DNA of 64,000 bases, from assembly GCA_965225855.1 (NCBI GenBank), contig CBDDCK010000005.1, forward strand, positions 288,001 through 352,000, in the 5' to 3' direction. The stretch comes from Spirochaetia bacterium. GTDB lineage: Bacteria; Spirochaetota; Spirochaetia; SP-2023. A program made the translations under genes and the position numbers. Positions 1 through 10,600 of the stretch are shown in pieces. Below the pieces are notes generated by a model, which saw nothing but the letters and a program-made list of their open reading frames with translations, was not told where the DNA came from and searched no databases. Position 1 is the first letter of the stretch. The number at the start of each line of letters is the position of its first letter.

Positions 1-577
<577 letters not shown>

Positions 578-617
578 ATTATTGCTTGTCTTTCGTGTCG
601 TGTTATTTATCAATAAT

Positions 618-727
618 GCCGGTGACGATAGCTAGTAGGAAACACCTGAACCCATACCGAACTCAGCAGTTAAGCTACTATGCGCCAATGGTACTAGCTA
701 AAGCTGGGAGAGTAGGGCGTTGCCGGC
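618..727 (+). rRNA. rrf: 5S rRNA
   Basis: GCCGGTGACGATAG...CCCATACCGAACTCAGCAGTTAAG...GGGAGAGTAGGGCGTTGCCGGC; the two ends pair; lies directly after 23S. Confidence 0.95.
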
Positions 728-1315
728 CCTTCTTTTTTATATACACTACCTAGAACATGCGTTATAATTGAAATGTAAAGTATAGATGGCGATAAGGAAG
801 GAGTGAAAAATGGCTGGATTTGGCTTTGATGCGAATGAAATTGCTGCACACGGTAAAGCAGGTAATATGTATGAAGTCCTGCAGGTTGTTTTGACTGAAA
901 AATTCTTAGGAACTGGTTCAGGAGTCTCAAGTCTCTCAAACTTGCAGGCGGTGATCAATAAGCAAGCAGAAAAGGGTTATAGGTTGCATACTATTTCAAC
1001 GACTTCATCAGGGTCTAAGGGTTTCTTGGGTGGTGATAAAATTCAAGCTACTATGATCTTTGAGAAGGTTGTTTAGATATTTAACGGTGAGGAGAGTACG
1101 CCAGACTTTTGTTTGACAGAACCTGCCCCCTTATTATTCGTAGAACTATGATTTAGACAAATAGGAGAATAATCTATAAGGCGAGTATGCGCTAGAAGTA
1201 GATTTTTTATACAGAATTAAGAGAAGGGGCAGCCACGTTGCAATAATGGACTGCGCCTTTCGTTTTTGTTTTCTTGCTGGGAGAGTAGGTCGTTGCCGGC
1301 TCTTTTTTATATACA
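703..1315. mobile_element. Small islet bounded by a ~40-bp direct repeat of the 5S rRNA 3' end (att-like)
   Basis: GCTGGGAGAGTAGG(G/T)CGTTGCCGGC(CCT)TCTTTTTTATATACA at 703-745 and 1276-1315; no integrase visible. Confidence 0.6.
810..1076 (+). CDS. DUF4177-like small protein
   Basis: YEVLQVVLTEKFLGTGS..L..VINKQAEKGYRLHTIST...IQATMIFEK resembles DUF4177; RBS AAGGAG upstream. Confidence 0.75.
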   Translation: MAGFGFDANEIAAHGKAGNMYEVLQVVLTEKFLGTGSGVSSLSNLQAVINKQAEKGYRLHTISTTSSGSKGFLGGDKIQATMIFEKVV

Positions 1316-1648
1316 AGCATATCGCAAAGTTACACATAGCACTTAAATAAAATCGATTACCTCGTTTGCCGACTACCAACAAACCAGCCAATGCGCAACG
1401 CTAAACATACTAGCCATATTATATTTTTGATATTTTGAAAAATTGTACTAGAAGGCACTGCGGCACTAAGCTATTTATGGCTAGCCTTGCTATTTTTTGA
1501 TAATTGCTTTAGTAATAAAGTTTTTACAGGCAAAATAATTTAGCCTTAAAACGCTCTACTATGACTATATAGATATAAAAACAAATCGCTATTTTCATTG
1601 GGATAGATCAATATAATCCCAAAGCTAATCATCAAAAATAAAACACCC

Positions 1649-2016
1649 TCCAAGCCTTCACAACAGAAACCAAACCGTAACCTAATTATGTACTTTTTAA
1701 AAGTAACAATTATGGATTAGGTCGGCCCATAGTTATCGACTTGTTGCGTCTATAACTATGGATTGGTTGCTTTGATTGTTTATGGATTCCGATAATATTG
1801 AATGCAAATTGATTGGCATTGATTTTTAACCACCTTACAACACTAAAAAACAACACTAACACACAAAAAAAGTGCCCCAAACATAAAAAAAGCACAAAAA
1901 AAGCTTACAAAAAGCTTATATAGGCCTTGACGCAACACCCCCCCTAGCAAAATAGGGATTTACAGACTAGCCCGTATGGGTTGGCCAATCTTTATCCCTT
2001 GTTGGAGGTATTGCTT
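1649..2016 (+). promoter_or_regulatory. Conserved leader of the lipoprotein family, copy 1: TTGACG, C7 tract, RBS GGAGG
   Basis: Near-identical to the reverse complement of 45395-45738 and, in its proximal part, 27217-27395. Confidence 0.7.
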
Positions 2017-4215
2017 ATGTATAAGCACAAACTACTTTTATTGCCTGTAGCATTGCTACTGGCATTTATGGCCTTGGCCTGCGCACCACCCGATGACGAT
2101 GATCGATCTTCTGGGCCGTCTAAGCCGACTATCAATAACGCCATCTACGACTTTGCTACGGCTCTGTTAACCGTACAAGGTACTGACTTAAGTCCTACAG
2201 AAGCGCAAATCCAAACCATCGTAGTAGATGGCATAGCTTTAGATTCCTATACTGCAGATGACCCAGCCACTGGGCCAGATAGTAACGGTCTTGCAAAAGG
2301 TAAGTACCGTATTAAAAGCGATGGCACAAAGCTTTGGCTGAAACTTAAAGATGAACATAAAGCTGCTCTTGAGGCCAAGGTGGGTAGCAATGGTCTAAAA
2401 AAAGGGTTGCTTACTAGCTCTGGTGCTTGGGCGGGTTTAGATACAGCCAAAGACTTAACCGTTAGCAATATACCCGATAAGCAGACCGAAACCGAAGAAG
2501 AGTCGCGTAAGCAAACTGAAGACGAACAAGCTGAAGAAGTCGAAGAGCAGTCGCCTAAGCAAGCTAAAGCCGAACAAGTCGAACAAGCTGAAGAAGAGTC
2601 GCGTAAGCAAACTGAAGTCGAACAAGCTGAAGAAGAGTCGCGTAAGCAAACTGAAGTCGAACAAGCTGAAGAAGAGTCGCGTAAGCAAACTGAAGTCGAA
2701 CAAGCTGAAGAAGAGTCGCCTAAGCAACCTAAAGCCGAACAAGTCGAACAAGCTGCAATTACCCGTGCAAGCTACCATGTTGGCACGGCGCTGTTAACCG
2801 TACAAGGTTCTAACTTAAGTCCTACAACTGCGACCCAAGCCCAAATCCAAACCATCGTGGTAGATGGGGTAGCTTTAGATTCCTATACTGCAGATGCCAC
2901 AGCCACTGGGCCAGATAGTCGTGGTCTTGCAAAAGGTAAGTACCGCATGAAAAGCGATGGCACAGCGCTTTGGCTGAAACTTACCGATCAACATAAAGCT
3001 ACTCTGAATGGCAAAACAGGTATGGATAGCAATGGTCTAAAAGATGGGTTGCTTACTAGCACTGGTGCTTGGGCGGGTTTAGATACAGCCAAAGCCTTGG
3101 ACGTTAGTGGAAACCCCGCACCCACAATTACCCGTGCAACCTATGATGTTACTATAGGCTTCTTAGTGATTACAGGTACTAATTTACCAAAAGCAGTTAC
3201 AGGCTGGGACTTTAGGAAATTGAGGTTTGTCGCAGGTGATGGTAGTAAGAGATACACATTACCACAGCACGACTCATTTTCAGGTAGAAACTCCGCCACA
3301 GGTTCTCGTGCAAGTGCAACAAGCTTACAGATTAATTTAAAGGGTAGTGTAAAAACGGAAGCCGATAAGATACTGGTTAACGATGGTGATAGTGATGCTA
3401 ATGGTGCATACAACCTGGAAGCAGCAGCAGGATTTGCAGGTGGTAGCGCAGAAGACACAACCAATCCTATTACCGTTAGCGGGTATACAGCCAGCATCAC
3501 CGAAGCAACCTACGATGCTAATACAGGCGAGTTATATATTACAGGTGTCAAGTTACCGAGAGCAGTTGCAGACTGGGACTTTAGCAAATTGACACTTGTA
3601 TCCGGTGATGGTAGTAAGAGATACCCATTACCCGAGCACGCAATAGGTGAAAACACAGCCACAGGTTCTAGTCCAGGTGTAACCTACTTAACGATTACTT
3701 TAAGCGGTAGTGTAAAAGCGGAAGCCGAGAAGATACTGGTTAACGATGGTGATAGTGATGCTAATGGTGCATACAACCTGGAAGCAGCAGCAGGCTTTGC
3801 AGGTGGTAGGGCAGAAGACACAAGCAACCCGATTACCGTTAGCGGGTATGTAGCCAAAATCACCTCCGTAATCTACTTTGCTAGTAGAGGCTTGTTACAG
3901 ATTGCAGGTGTTAGGTTACCGAGAGCAGTTGCAGACTGGGACTTTAGCAAATTGACGCTTGTATCCGGTGATGGTAGTAAGAAATACACATTACCACGGC
4001 ACGCAACCGCAGGTGAAAACACAGCCACAGGTTCTAGTGCAAGTGCAACAGGCTTAAATATTACTTTAAGCGGTAGTGTAAAAGCGGAAGTCAATAAGAT
4101 ACTGGTTAAGGCTGGTGAAAGTGATGATGCTGGTGCATACAACCTGGAAGCAGCAGCAGAATTTGCAGGTGGTAGTCCAGAAGACCCAACCACTGGTATT
4201 AATGTTATAAGGTAG
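2017..4215 (+). CDS. Modular surface lipoprotein/adhesin, paralog 1 (A-linker-A-B-B-B)
   Basis: ATG 2017 after GGAGG; signal peptide with lipobox MALA-C; repeated ~120-aa beta-rich domains; acidic linker. Confidence 0.85.
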   Translation: MYKHKLLLLPVALLLAFMALACAPPDDDDRSSGPSKPTINNAIYDFATALLTVQGTDLSPTEAQIQTIVVDGIALDSYTADDPATGPDSNGLAKGKYRIKSDGTKLWLKLKDEHKAALEAKVGSNGLKKGLLTSSGAWAGLDTAKDLTVSNIPDKQTETEEESRKQTEDEQAEEVEEQSPKQAKAEQVEQAEEESRKQTEVEQAEEESRKQTEVEQAEEESRKQTEVEQAEEESPKQPKAEQVEQAAITRASYHVGTALLTVQGSNLSPTTATQAQIQTIVVDGVALDSYTADATATGPDSRGLAKGKYRMKSDGTALWLKLTDQHKATLNGKTGMDSNGLKDGLLTSTGAWAGLDTAKALDVSGNPAPTITRATYDVTIGFLVITGTNLPKAVTGWDFRKLRFVAGDGSKRYTLPQHDSFSGRNSATGSRASATSLQINLKGSVKTEADKILVNDGDSDANGAYNLEAAAGFAGGSAEDTTNPITVSGYTASITEATYDANTGELYITGVKLPRAVADWDFSKLTLVSGDGSKRYPLPEHAIGENTATGSSPGVTYLTITLSGSVKAEAEKILVNDGDSDANGAYNLEAAAGFAGGRAEDTSNPITVSGYVAKITSVIYFASRGLLQIAGVRLPRAVADWDFSKLTLVSGDGSKKYTLPRHATAGENTATGSSASATGLNITLSGSVKAEVNKILVKAGESDDAGAYNLEAAAEFAGGSPEDPTTGINVIR
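2494..2757 (+). repeat. Acidic linker tandem repeats (39-bp unit, EEESRKQTEVEQA)
   Basis: Three consecutive exact 39-bp units at about 2590-2706 plus degenerate flanking units. Confidence 0.9.
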
Positions 4216-4485
4216 GGTTTGGTTGTTGCGGTAAGCAATGCTTGGTTGGCCTATTGTTCGCTTTTAGAACATAGGCTAAGTAGGCAAGCAAGGTTTGGGC
4301 TTTATGCCAAGCTTTGCTTGCCTTTTTTGTGGTTTTCTAGCAAGGTGCGGGACTGGTTTAATACAGCCAATTTTCTGGTGCGTAAATTGCCACCCAAACT
4401 AGCGTCTTCTTCTCGCATTTCCAAAGCCAAAGAAACTAAAGCAAAACCATTTACTAAAATAGACTTGAAACAGTTTTTATTACCA

Positions 4486-4632
4486 CCTTGGCTAAATACG
4501 GGAAGAGCTTTCGGTAAATACGGGGAGAGCCTTGGCTAAATACGGGGAGAGCCTTGGCTAAATACGGGGAGAGCCTTGGCTAAATACGGGAAGAGCCTTG
4601 GCTAAATACGGGAAGAGCTTTCGGTAAATACG
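4486..4632. repeat. 22-bp tandem repeat, about 6.7 units
   Basis: CCTTGGCTAAATACGGG(A/G)AGAG with variant CTTTCGGTAAATACGGGGAGAG; no spacers. Confidence 0.92.
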
Positions 4633-4659
4633 TTTTGCCTGAAAGGCTGCACTTTGGAG

Positions 4660-5766
4660 CTATAATTCAGGGTACTTATGTTCCAGTTCCAGCATGGTTT
4701 GGCATGCTTGGCGGGCAAGTTCTGCAGCGGGGTTGTTGGCTTTTTGCACTGTTTGGCTGTAGGGTGGGCTTAGCATTCGCCGCCAGTACTGCGCTTGGGC
4801 TAGCCCATACCATACAGTTAGCAAAGGCCATATTTGGGCTGCAATACTTTGCTCTTTAGGGTTCTGCTCCAAATAGTGGGCATAACGCTCTATCAGCTCC
4901 GAACGTTTGTGCACAGCTTGTACCCCGCTATTTATATTGAGGGGGGCTGATGGCAACATGGCTTGCGCCAGCATTTGTTTGCGAATATGGAATAACTCCC
5001 AAGTATTTTCATAACTCACACGTCCCAACATTACGCCATCGACATGGGGCCAAACTTGGGCAATTTGTTGGTAGTTTTTTAGCCCGCCATTGAGTTCTAT
5101 GGGTAGCGAAGGCTGTATTTCTTGGCGCAGTCGAAAGACTAGAGGGTAGTTTAGTGGCGGTATTTCGCGGTTTTGTTTTGGGTTGAGTCCATCGAGCACC
5201 GCTATACGGGCATGGACAATTAAGCGGTCACAGAAGGGGGCTACTTGCTGTAAAAATTGGTACAGTTGTTGTTTGCCCCAAGCAGCGATACCACGGCTTT
5301 TTTGTTCAATCCCCAAGCGGTGCTTCAGCGTTATTTGTGGCAAAGGTTGGGATTCTAAATAAAAGTGTTTGGTATCGCGCAGAGCTTGGCGCATGGCTGC
5401 TAGAATATCGGCCACCAAAGGCCCATCATTCATGAGCACCACACCGATATTGCGGTTTTGCACCCTATCACTGGGGCAGCCGGCATTTAAATTAAATTCT
5501 GCAAAATGGCTATTTTGCTGGGCGCAAAACTCGCGCGCAATCAAGACCGCTCGGTAAGCTTCTTTGGGGCAATGGCTGCCCAGTTGCAGGGCAACGGGAG
5601 ATTCGCAAGGGGCTAAACTGAAAAAACGTTGGGGCGGATTATTGATAATGGCCCCAGTGCTAAGCATTTCGGTATACAGCCACATTTCTGGGAATAGCTG
5701 CCGAATAAAATAGCGGAAGTGCGGCTCGGTTTTGTCGATCATCGGAGCCAAAGCGATGCGAGGCAT
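4660..5766 (-). CDS. dusA: tRNA-dihydrouridine synthase, DusA type
   Basis: LAPM, LYTEM, NLNAGCPS, VHARIA.L.GLNPKQNREIPPLNY, GVMLGR motifs. Confidence 0.9.
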   Translation of the reverse strand: MPRIALAPMIDKTEPHFRYFIRQLFPEMWLYTEMLSTGAIINNPPQRFFSLAPCESPVALQLGSHCPKEAYRAVLIAREFCAQQNSHFAEFNLNAGCPSDRVQNRNIGVVLMNDGPLVADILAAMRQALRDTKHFYLESQPLPQITLKHRLGIEQKSRGIAAWGKQQLYQFLQQVAPFCDRLIVHARIAVLDGLNPKQNREIPPLNYPLVFRLRQEIQPSLPIELNGGLKNYQQIAQVWPHVDGVMLGRVSYENTWELFHIRKQMLAQAMLPSAPLNINSGVQAVHKRSELIERYAHYLEQNPKEQSIAAQIWPLLTVWYGLAQAQYWRRMLSPPYSQTVQKANNPAAELARQACQTMLELEHKYPEL

Positions 5767-5772
5767 TATGCT

Positions 5773-6738
5773 CTATTGTTGGTGTTGGCGGAACGGGCTT
5801 TTTTGGCCTTCTTCAATTAGTTTTTGGTGAATCGGAGCCGCTTCGTTGTGGAGTTTATCCAGCTCTTGCATAATCGCTTCACAGACTTTATCTTTAATTA
5901 GTTTTTTATCGGCACCTTCAAAATCTAGCTGGTTTTGAGCCATTACCCTATCGCGGAATTGACGCCCCTTGACGATTGTTGCAGCACTCATCAATACTAC
6001 ATTTTCTTCTACTAGGTCATTTTCCATATTCTCATCTTTGGAAGGTATCAAGCAAAAACCGTTCAAGCCAACAAACAATATATTTTGAAATACTTTCAAA
6101 TAACTTGCTGCCTCGCGCACAGCCCGTTTGCTATCTGGGTTCCAAGGCCGATAGCGCGTGCCGGTAGGGAAAACCAAGATAATACGGCCACGGTATTTAT
6201 GCCGCGTCATCTCACCGATAGCATTTAAATTCATCGGAGTAGAAATCGCGCGAATTTTACGCCGCTCTTCCTCATCTTGGATTTGGTCAATATGGCGGCT
6301 AGGGTAAATGGTAATGGACGAATAAGCACTGGAGAGAATGGGGGTTGCGCGGTTGCCCAAAGTGAGCTTATATGCTTGTATCGGTAGCAGGGCATCGGCA
6401 GCTTCCTTGCCCAATTGGGGGCTGCGCTCAAAAAAGCGGAGCAAGGCCGGAAAGTCAAAATTGCTATAGTGTTCCATCATAATTAGGCAAGACTCACCTT
6501 TTTTACAGCGTTGCCATAACTCGGTAAACTGCTCTATATTGCGCAGGCCCGAGCCAGGCAGCATTAGCCGGTCGGCCATATTGCAAATAATATTGCGGTA
6601 AAAGGGAATGCCTGGGCTATAGACATTATCGGGAGTTATTTGTGGTATTTCTACATTTGGATTGTCGATGATCTCTTGAATGACTGGAGCAAAAAGCTCG
6701 ATAAACGTCATGCCTTGGCGGAGTTTTGTTTCTTTCAT
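5773..6738 (-). CDS. Glycerolipid acyltransferase (GPAT/PlsC superfamily)
   Basis: Catalytic HX4D (HYSNFD) and VFPTGTR block. Confidence 0.75.
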   Translation of the reverse strand: MKETKLRQGMTFIELFAPVIQEIIDNPNVEIPQITPDNVYSPGIPFYRNIICNMADRLMLPGSGLRNIEQFTELWQRCKKGESCLIMMEHYSNFDFPALLRFFERSPQLGKEAADALLPIQAYKLTLGNRATPILSSAYSSITIYPSRHIDQIQDEEERRKIRAISTPMNLNAIGEMTRHKYRGRIILVFPTGTRYRPWNPDSKRAVREAASYLKVFQNILFVGLNGFCLIPSKDENMENDLVEENVVLMSAATIVKGRQFRDRVMAQNQLDFEGADKKLIKDKVCEAIMQELDKLHNEAAPIHQKLIEEGQKSPFRQHQQ

Positions 6739-6949
6739 AACATTCCTTATCTTTTTATTTATTTGGAAAGTTTCCAGCCAAATTGGACAATACTACTCTG
6801 AATAAAACTGTCAAATGGTAACAGTTTTGCGACAAATTGCAACGGCTTAGCTAAGCGAATAAGCAATTATGGACAAATTTTATAGTATTTGCAAGCTAAT
6901 ATATAGCTTTGAGGCTCACTATATTACAATAGTTTATGGAGGTATTTAT

Positions 6950-7608
6950 ATGCGAGCCAATGTTATTTATATCTTTGTTGGTGGGGCTAATAGTAGCGTT
7001 ATCCTGTAGACTTTAGGCGATGATCAAGAAAAGAATAACACCATAACCCAAGCCCCAAAAGGTTATACCACCTAGTGCTTATGAACTAGGTTTCAGTAGG
7101 GTAGGATTAAAGACAAATCTGGCCATTATGTGCTTAGTAAAGTAGAACAAGGAAAGTCCCTTTACTTGCGCTTTATACTATATTGGGCTAATGGCTATTT
7201 AGCCCAGTACAATGACCGATCAATAATCAAAAGACTTAGTAGCCGGCCTTGCCATTGCCCAAGACCAAACGCCAAGACCAAACGCCAAGACCAAACGACT
7301 AAGCAAATCAGAGAGCGAACAGCTTCCCAAGCCCAAACCAGTCAGCAAGCACGAAAAACTACTGTACAAAAACTTTAAGATTGACATAGGGATTGCTTCT
7401 TTACATATCCATGATGTATTACAGCAGTGCCAGGACAACGGCTATGGTATTTTGTGGTTGTCGGGTAACAAACTGGAAGAACTGGATAACAAGCTTATCA
7501 CTCAATAGGGCCCCACTAGCGCAAATGGATAAGGATAAAGTCAACGTCAAGGCCCTACTACAATTAAAGCAGGGTGCTGGGGTTTGGGCTAAGGCCCTAC
7601 TCCAATGA
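6950..7608 (+). pseudogene. Decayed lipoprotein gene
   Basis: GGAGG + ATG 6950; lipobox-like LIVALSC in a shifted frame; several stops; 13-bp repeat CCAAGACCAAACG x3. Confidence 0.4.
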
Positions 7609-7673
7609 CGTAAATAAAAGTTATAGAGGCCAAAGCTTCCCATAATGTGGGCTTAGAATTACACTAGCGCGCC

Positions 7674-10600
7674 ATGAATCCTGATATATCTACCAAGCAA
7701 ACACCACAACGATTACTCGAATTACTACAGAAGCGAATCTTTAGAGAAAATACGTGCTGGGCAAAGCAACTATGGCGTGAAAGCACACAGCTTAACCCTG
7801 CAATAGCCATATCCCAGATTCTACAGCAACACAGTAAGCTATTAGTTGTATTGCCTAGTAGTGAAGAAATCCAGCAGATTGCCGATGACCTACAAGCCTT
7901 AGGCATAGAACCCTTAATCTTGCATAACTGGAGCAGCAGCCTATATAAAGGTATCCGTTCGCAAAACCGCTTATTTACCAAACGCAGCTCGGTACTAGCA
8001 CGTATACTGTTAAACACAAGCTCTGCGCCTCTGCCTATACTGTGTAGCTTGCGCTCCCTAGCGAAGGTACTACCCCCACCTGCAGAATTTCGTAAACAAA
8101 TCCTACAGTTGCAAGTAGGCAGCGAACTACAACCCAGCAATTTAGCCCAATTATTAAGCAGCTACGGTTACTACCGAGTACCGCGCGTAAGCCTGCCGGG
8201 TGAATTTGCCCTACGTGGTCAAGTGTTGGACTTCTACCCTCCTGAAGATGGGGCCAGTCATACAACCAGTGAAACCCATGAGGTCGGAAGACCAAGCAAA
8301 GTAGCAAGTCAACAAGCTGTACGCGTGATGTTTGGCTTTGATGAAGTAGAAATGCTAAAGGTTTTTGATATTAGCAGCCAAATATCACAATACAGTATAG
8401 CAAGCTTTTCACTATACCCCCTAAAAGAAGTCCTATGGCACCAAATACAGCTAGATAATCTGCGTCAGCACTTAGAAGAAACACTGCTTGGTGAACTGGA
8501 ACAAGGCAACATTGATGAAGAGTTACTAAATGCCCAGCTTGATGAAGTCAACCACCTATTGGGCCAGTTAGCCATACAACAAGAAGTAAAAGCCGAAGAA
8601 TTACTCTTCCCTTTTGCTTGGCAGCAGCCAGCCAGTATTTTGGACTATATAGCAGAAAGTCCTCTACTATTTTGGGGACACCAGCGTATAGAACAACAAG
8701 AGCAGAGCTATTTGCTAGAATTGGAAACATTATATGAGCAAAGCATGGCTGCATTCCAACAAGCTAACCATAGCAGTAAAGGTAGTAAGGGCAGCTCTAA
8801 GCAAGTAGAGAGAATATTCCCCGAATCACTGCAACGTAAACTGTTGCACCCCAAATACTTTGCTGTAGATTTAAGCGCATTGCTCAGTAGCTGTGCACAG
8901 CCTATTATCGTTGATGAATTTGAAGGTAGCCCGTGGCCCATAGAGTTTGAGAGTCCCCTACAATACTATGGTAACATCAATCGCTTTACAGAAGATTTAA
9001 GCCATTGGTTGGAACAAGGGTTTTGCATTTGCATAGGCTGTTCTTCCAAGGGGCAAGCGCAGCGTTTACACCATATGCTACAAGCAACTATTCAACCCTA
9101 CCTACCAGCCGACCATCAGGGCCAGCAGAGTAGTGGTCAAGAACAAGGAGTCCATTTCTTTCCATTCCAATTGAGCCAAGGCATGCTGTTCCCCAAGCAA
9201 AAGCTGGTATTGGTACAAGAATGGGAAATACTGGGTAATGCCTACAAAGGCAGGCATCAAGGGGGCCAAAAGGCTAGGAATAGCGAAAAGGCCGAGCGCA
9301 TAGCCAATCGTTTAAGCCAAAGCCAAATCATTAGCTCTTTTGTCGAGTTAAGGGAAGGAGATACTGTTGTCCATGTACAGCACGGTGTAGGCCGTTTTAA
9401 GGGGATAGAGCGCGTTAGCACTTCGCGCATGGAGCGCGACTACTTAGCCTTGGAATATGCCAATGGCAATACTTTGTTTGTGCCAATTGAACAAGTTAAT
9501 ATGGTGCAACGCTACATTGGTAGTGGCGGTGAGTCTAGCCCAAAGCTGGACCGCATTGGTGGTAAAGCTTGGCAAGAGCGTAAGGCTAAAACCCAGAAAG
9601 CCGTAGAAGATATGGCCGACCGACTACTGCGCCTGTATACCCGCCGTGCGGCTGTTGATGGCTTTGCCTGCGCACCCGATGATGAGCTAGTAGAAGAATT
9701 TGAAGCCGACTTTCCCTATGATCCAACCACAGACCAATTGCAAGCAGTAGTACAAATCAAGGAAGACTTAGAAAGCCCTAGGCCTATGGATCGCCTACTG
9801 TGCGGTGATGTGGGCTTTGGCAAAACCGAAGTAGCCATGAGGGCTAGCTTTAAAGTGGCCAGCCAAGGGCGTCAAGTATTAGTGTTGTGCCCTACCACCA
9901 TTTTAGCCGAACAGCACTACCAAAACTTTAGCCAGCGTTTTAGCCGCTTTCCCTTGCGCGTTGCCATGCTCTCGCGCTTTGTCGAACGCAAGCAACAAAA
10001 AGAGGTGCTCGATTCACTAGAACATGGCAAGGTCGATATTTTGATAGGCACCCACCGCATACTAGCCAAGGATATTCACTTTCATGACCTAGGCTTGATT
10101 GTGGTAGACGAAGAGCAGCGTTTTGGCGTCAAGCATAAGGAACGCCTAAAAATGCTCAAGACTTCGGTGGATAGCCTGACCATGTCGGCCACGCCGATAC
10201 CGCGCACGCTGCATATGTCTTTAGTGCAGATTCGCGATATTTCTATGCTGACAACGCCGCCACGCAACCGCCAGCCGGTGGAAACTTTTGTGCGCGAGTT
10301 TAACCCTCAAAGCATAGCCAATGCAATCCGCCACGAGTTGAGCCGAAACGGGCAGGTGTTCTACCTGCACAACCGTGTGGAAGGCCTAGAAGAAATCTTG
10401 ATATTCTTGCGGGACTTGGTACCCGAAGCCTTGATAGAAATGGCCCACGGCCAGATGGATAGCAAGATGCTAGAAGATATTATGTACCGCTTTGTCCACG
10501 GTGGTTTTAATGTTCTGCTGGCAACGACTATCATTGAAAACGGCATTGATATTCCCAACGTCAATACTATCATTATCGACCGCGCCGACCGCTATGGTAT

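Noticed and set aside
1086..1106. Third copy of the 5S 3' end (GGAGAGTACGCC)
   Set aside because: Only about 8 nt match; compatible with chance.
1981..2016. TTG start giving the MANLYPLLEVLL extension (likewise in paralogs 2 and 3)
   Set aside because: The GGAGG RBS lies inside the extension, 8 nt before ATG 2017, which yields a normal signal peptide.
3121..4215. Diversity-generating retroelement acting on B domains
   Set aside because: Substitutions are not adenine-specific (C>T, C>G and G>T are seen), and no reverse transcriptase or template repeat is visible.
3141..4238. Recurrent antisense ORFs over the lipoprotein genes
   Set aside because: They recur only because the sense-strand repeats recur; no independent coding evidence.
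4486..4632. CRISPR array
   Set aside because: Units are head-to-tail with no unique spacers, and no cas genes are in the window.
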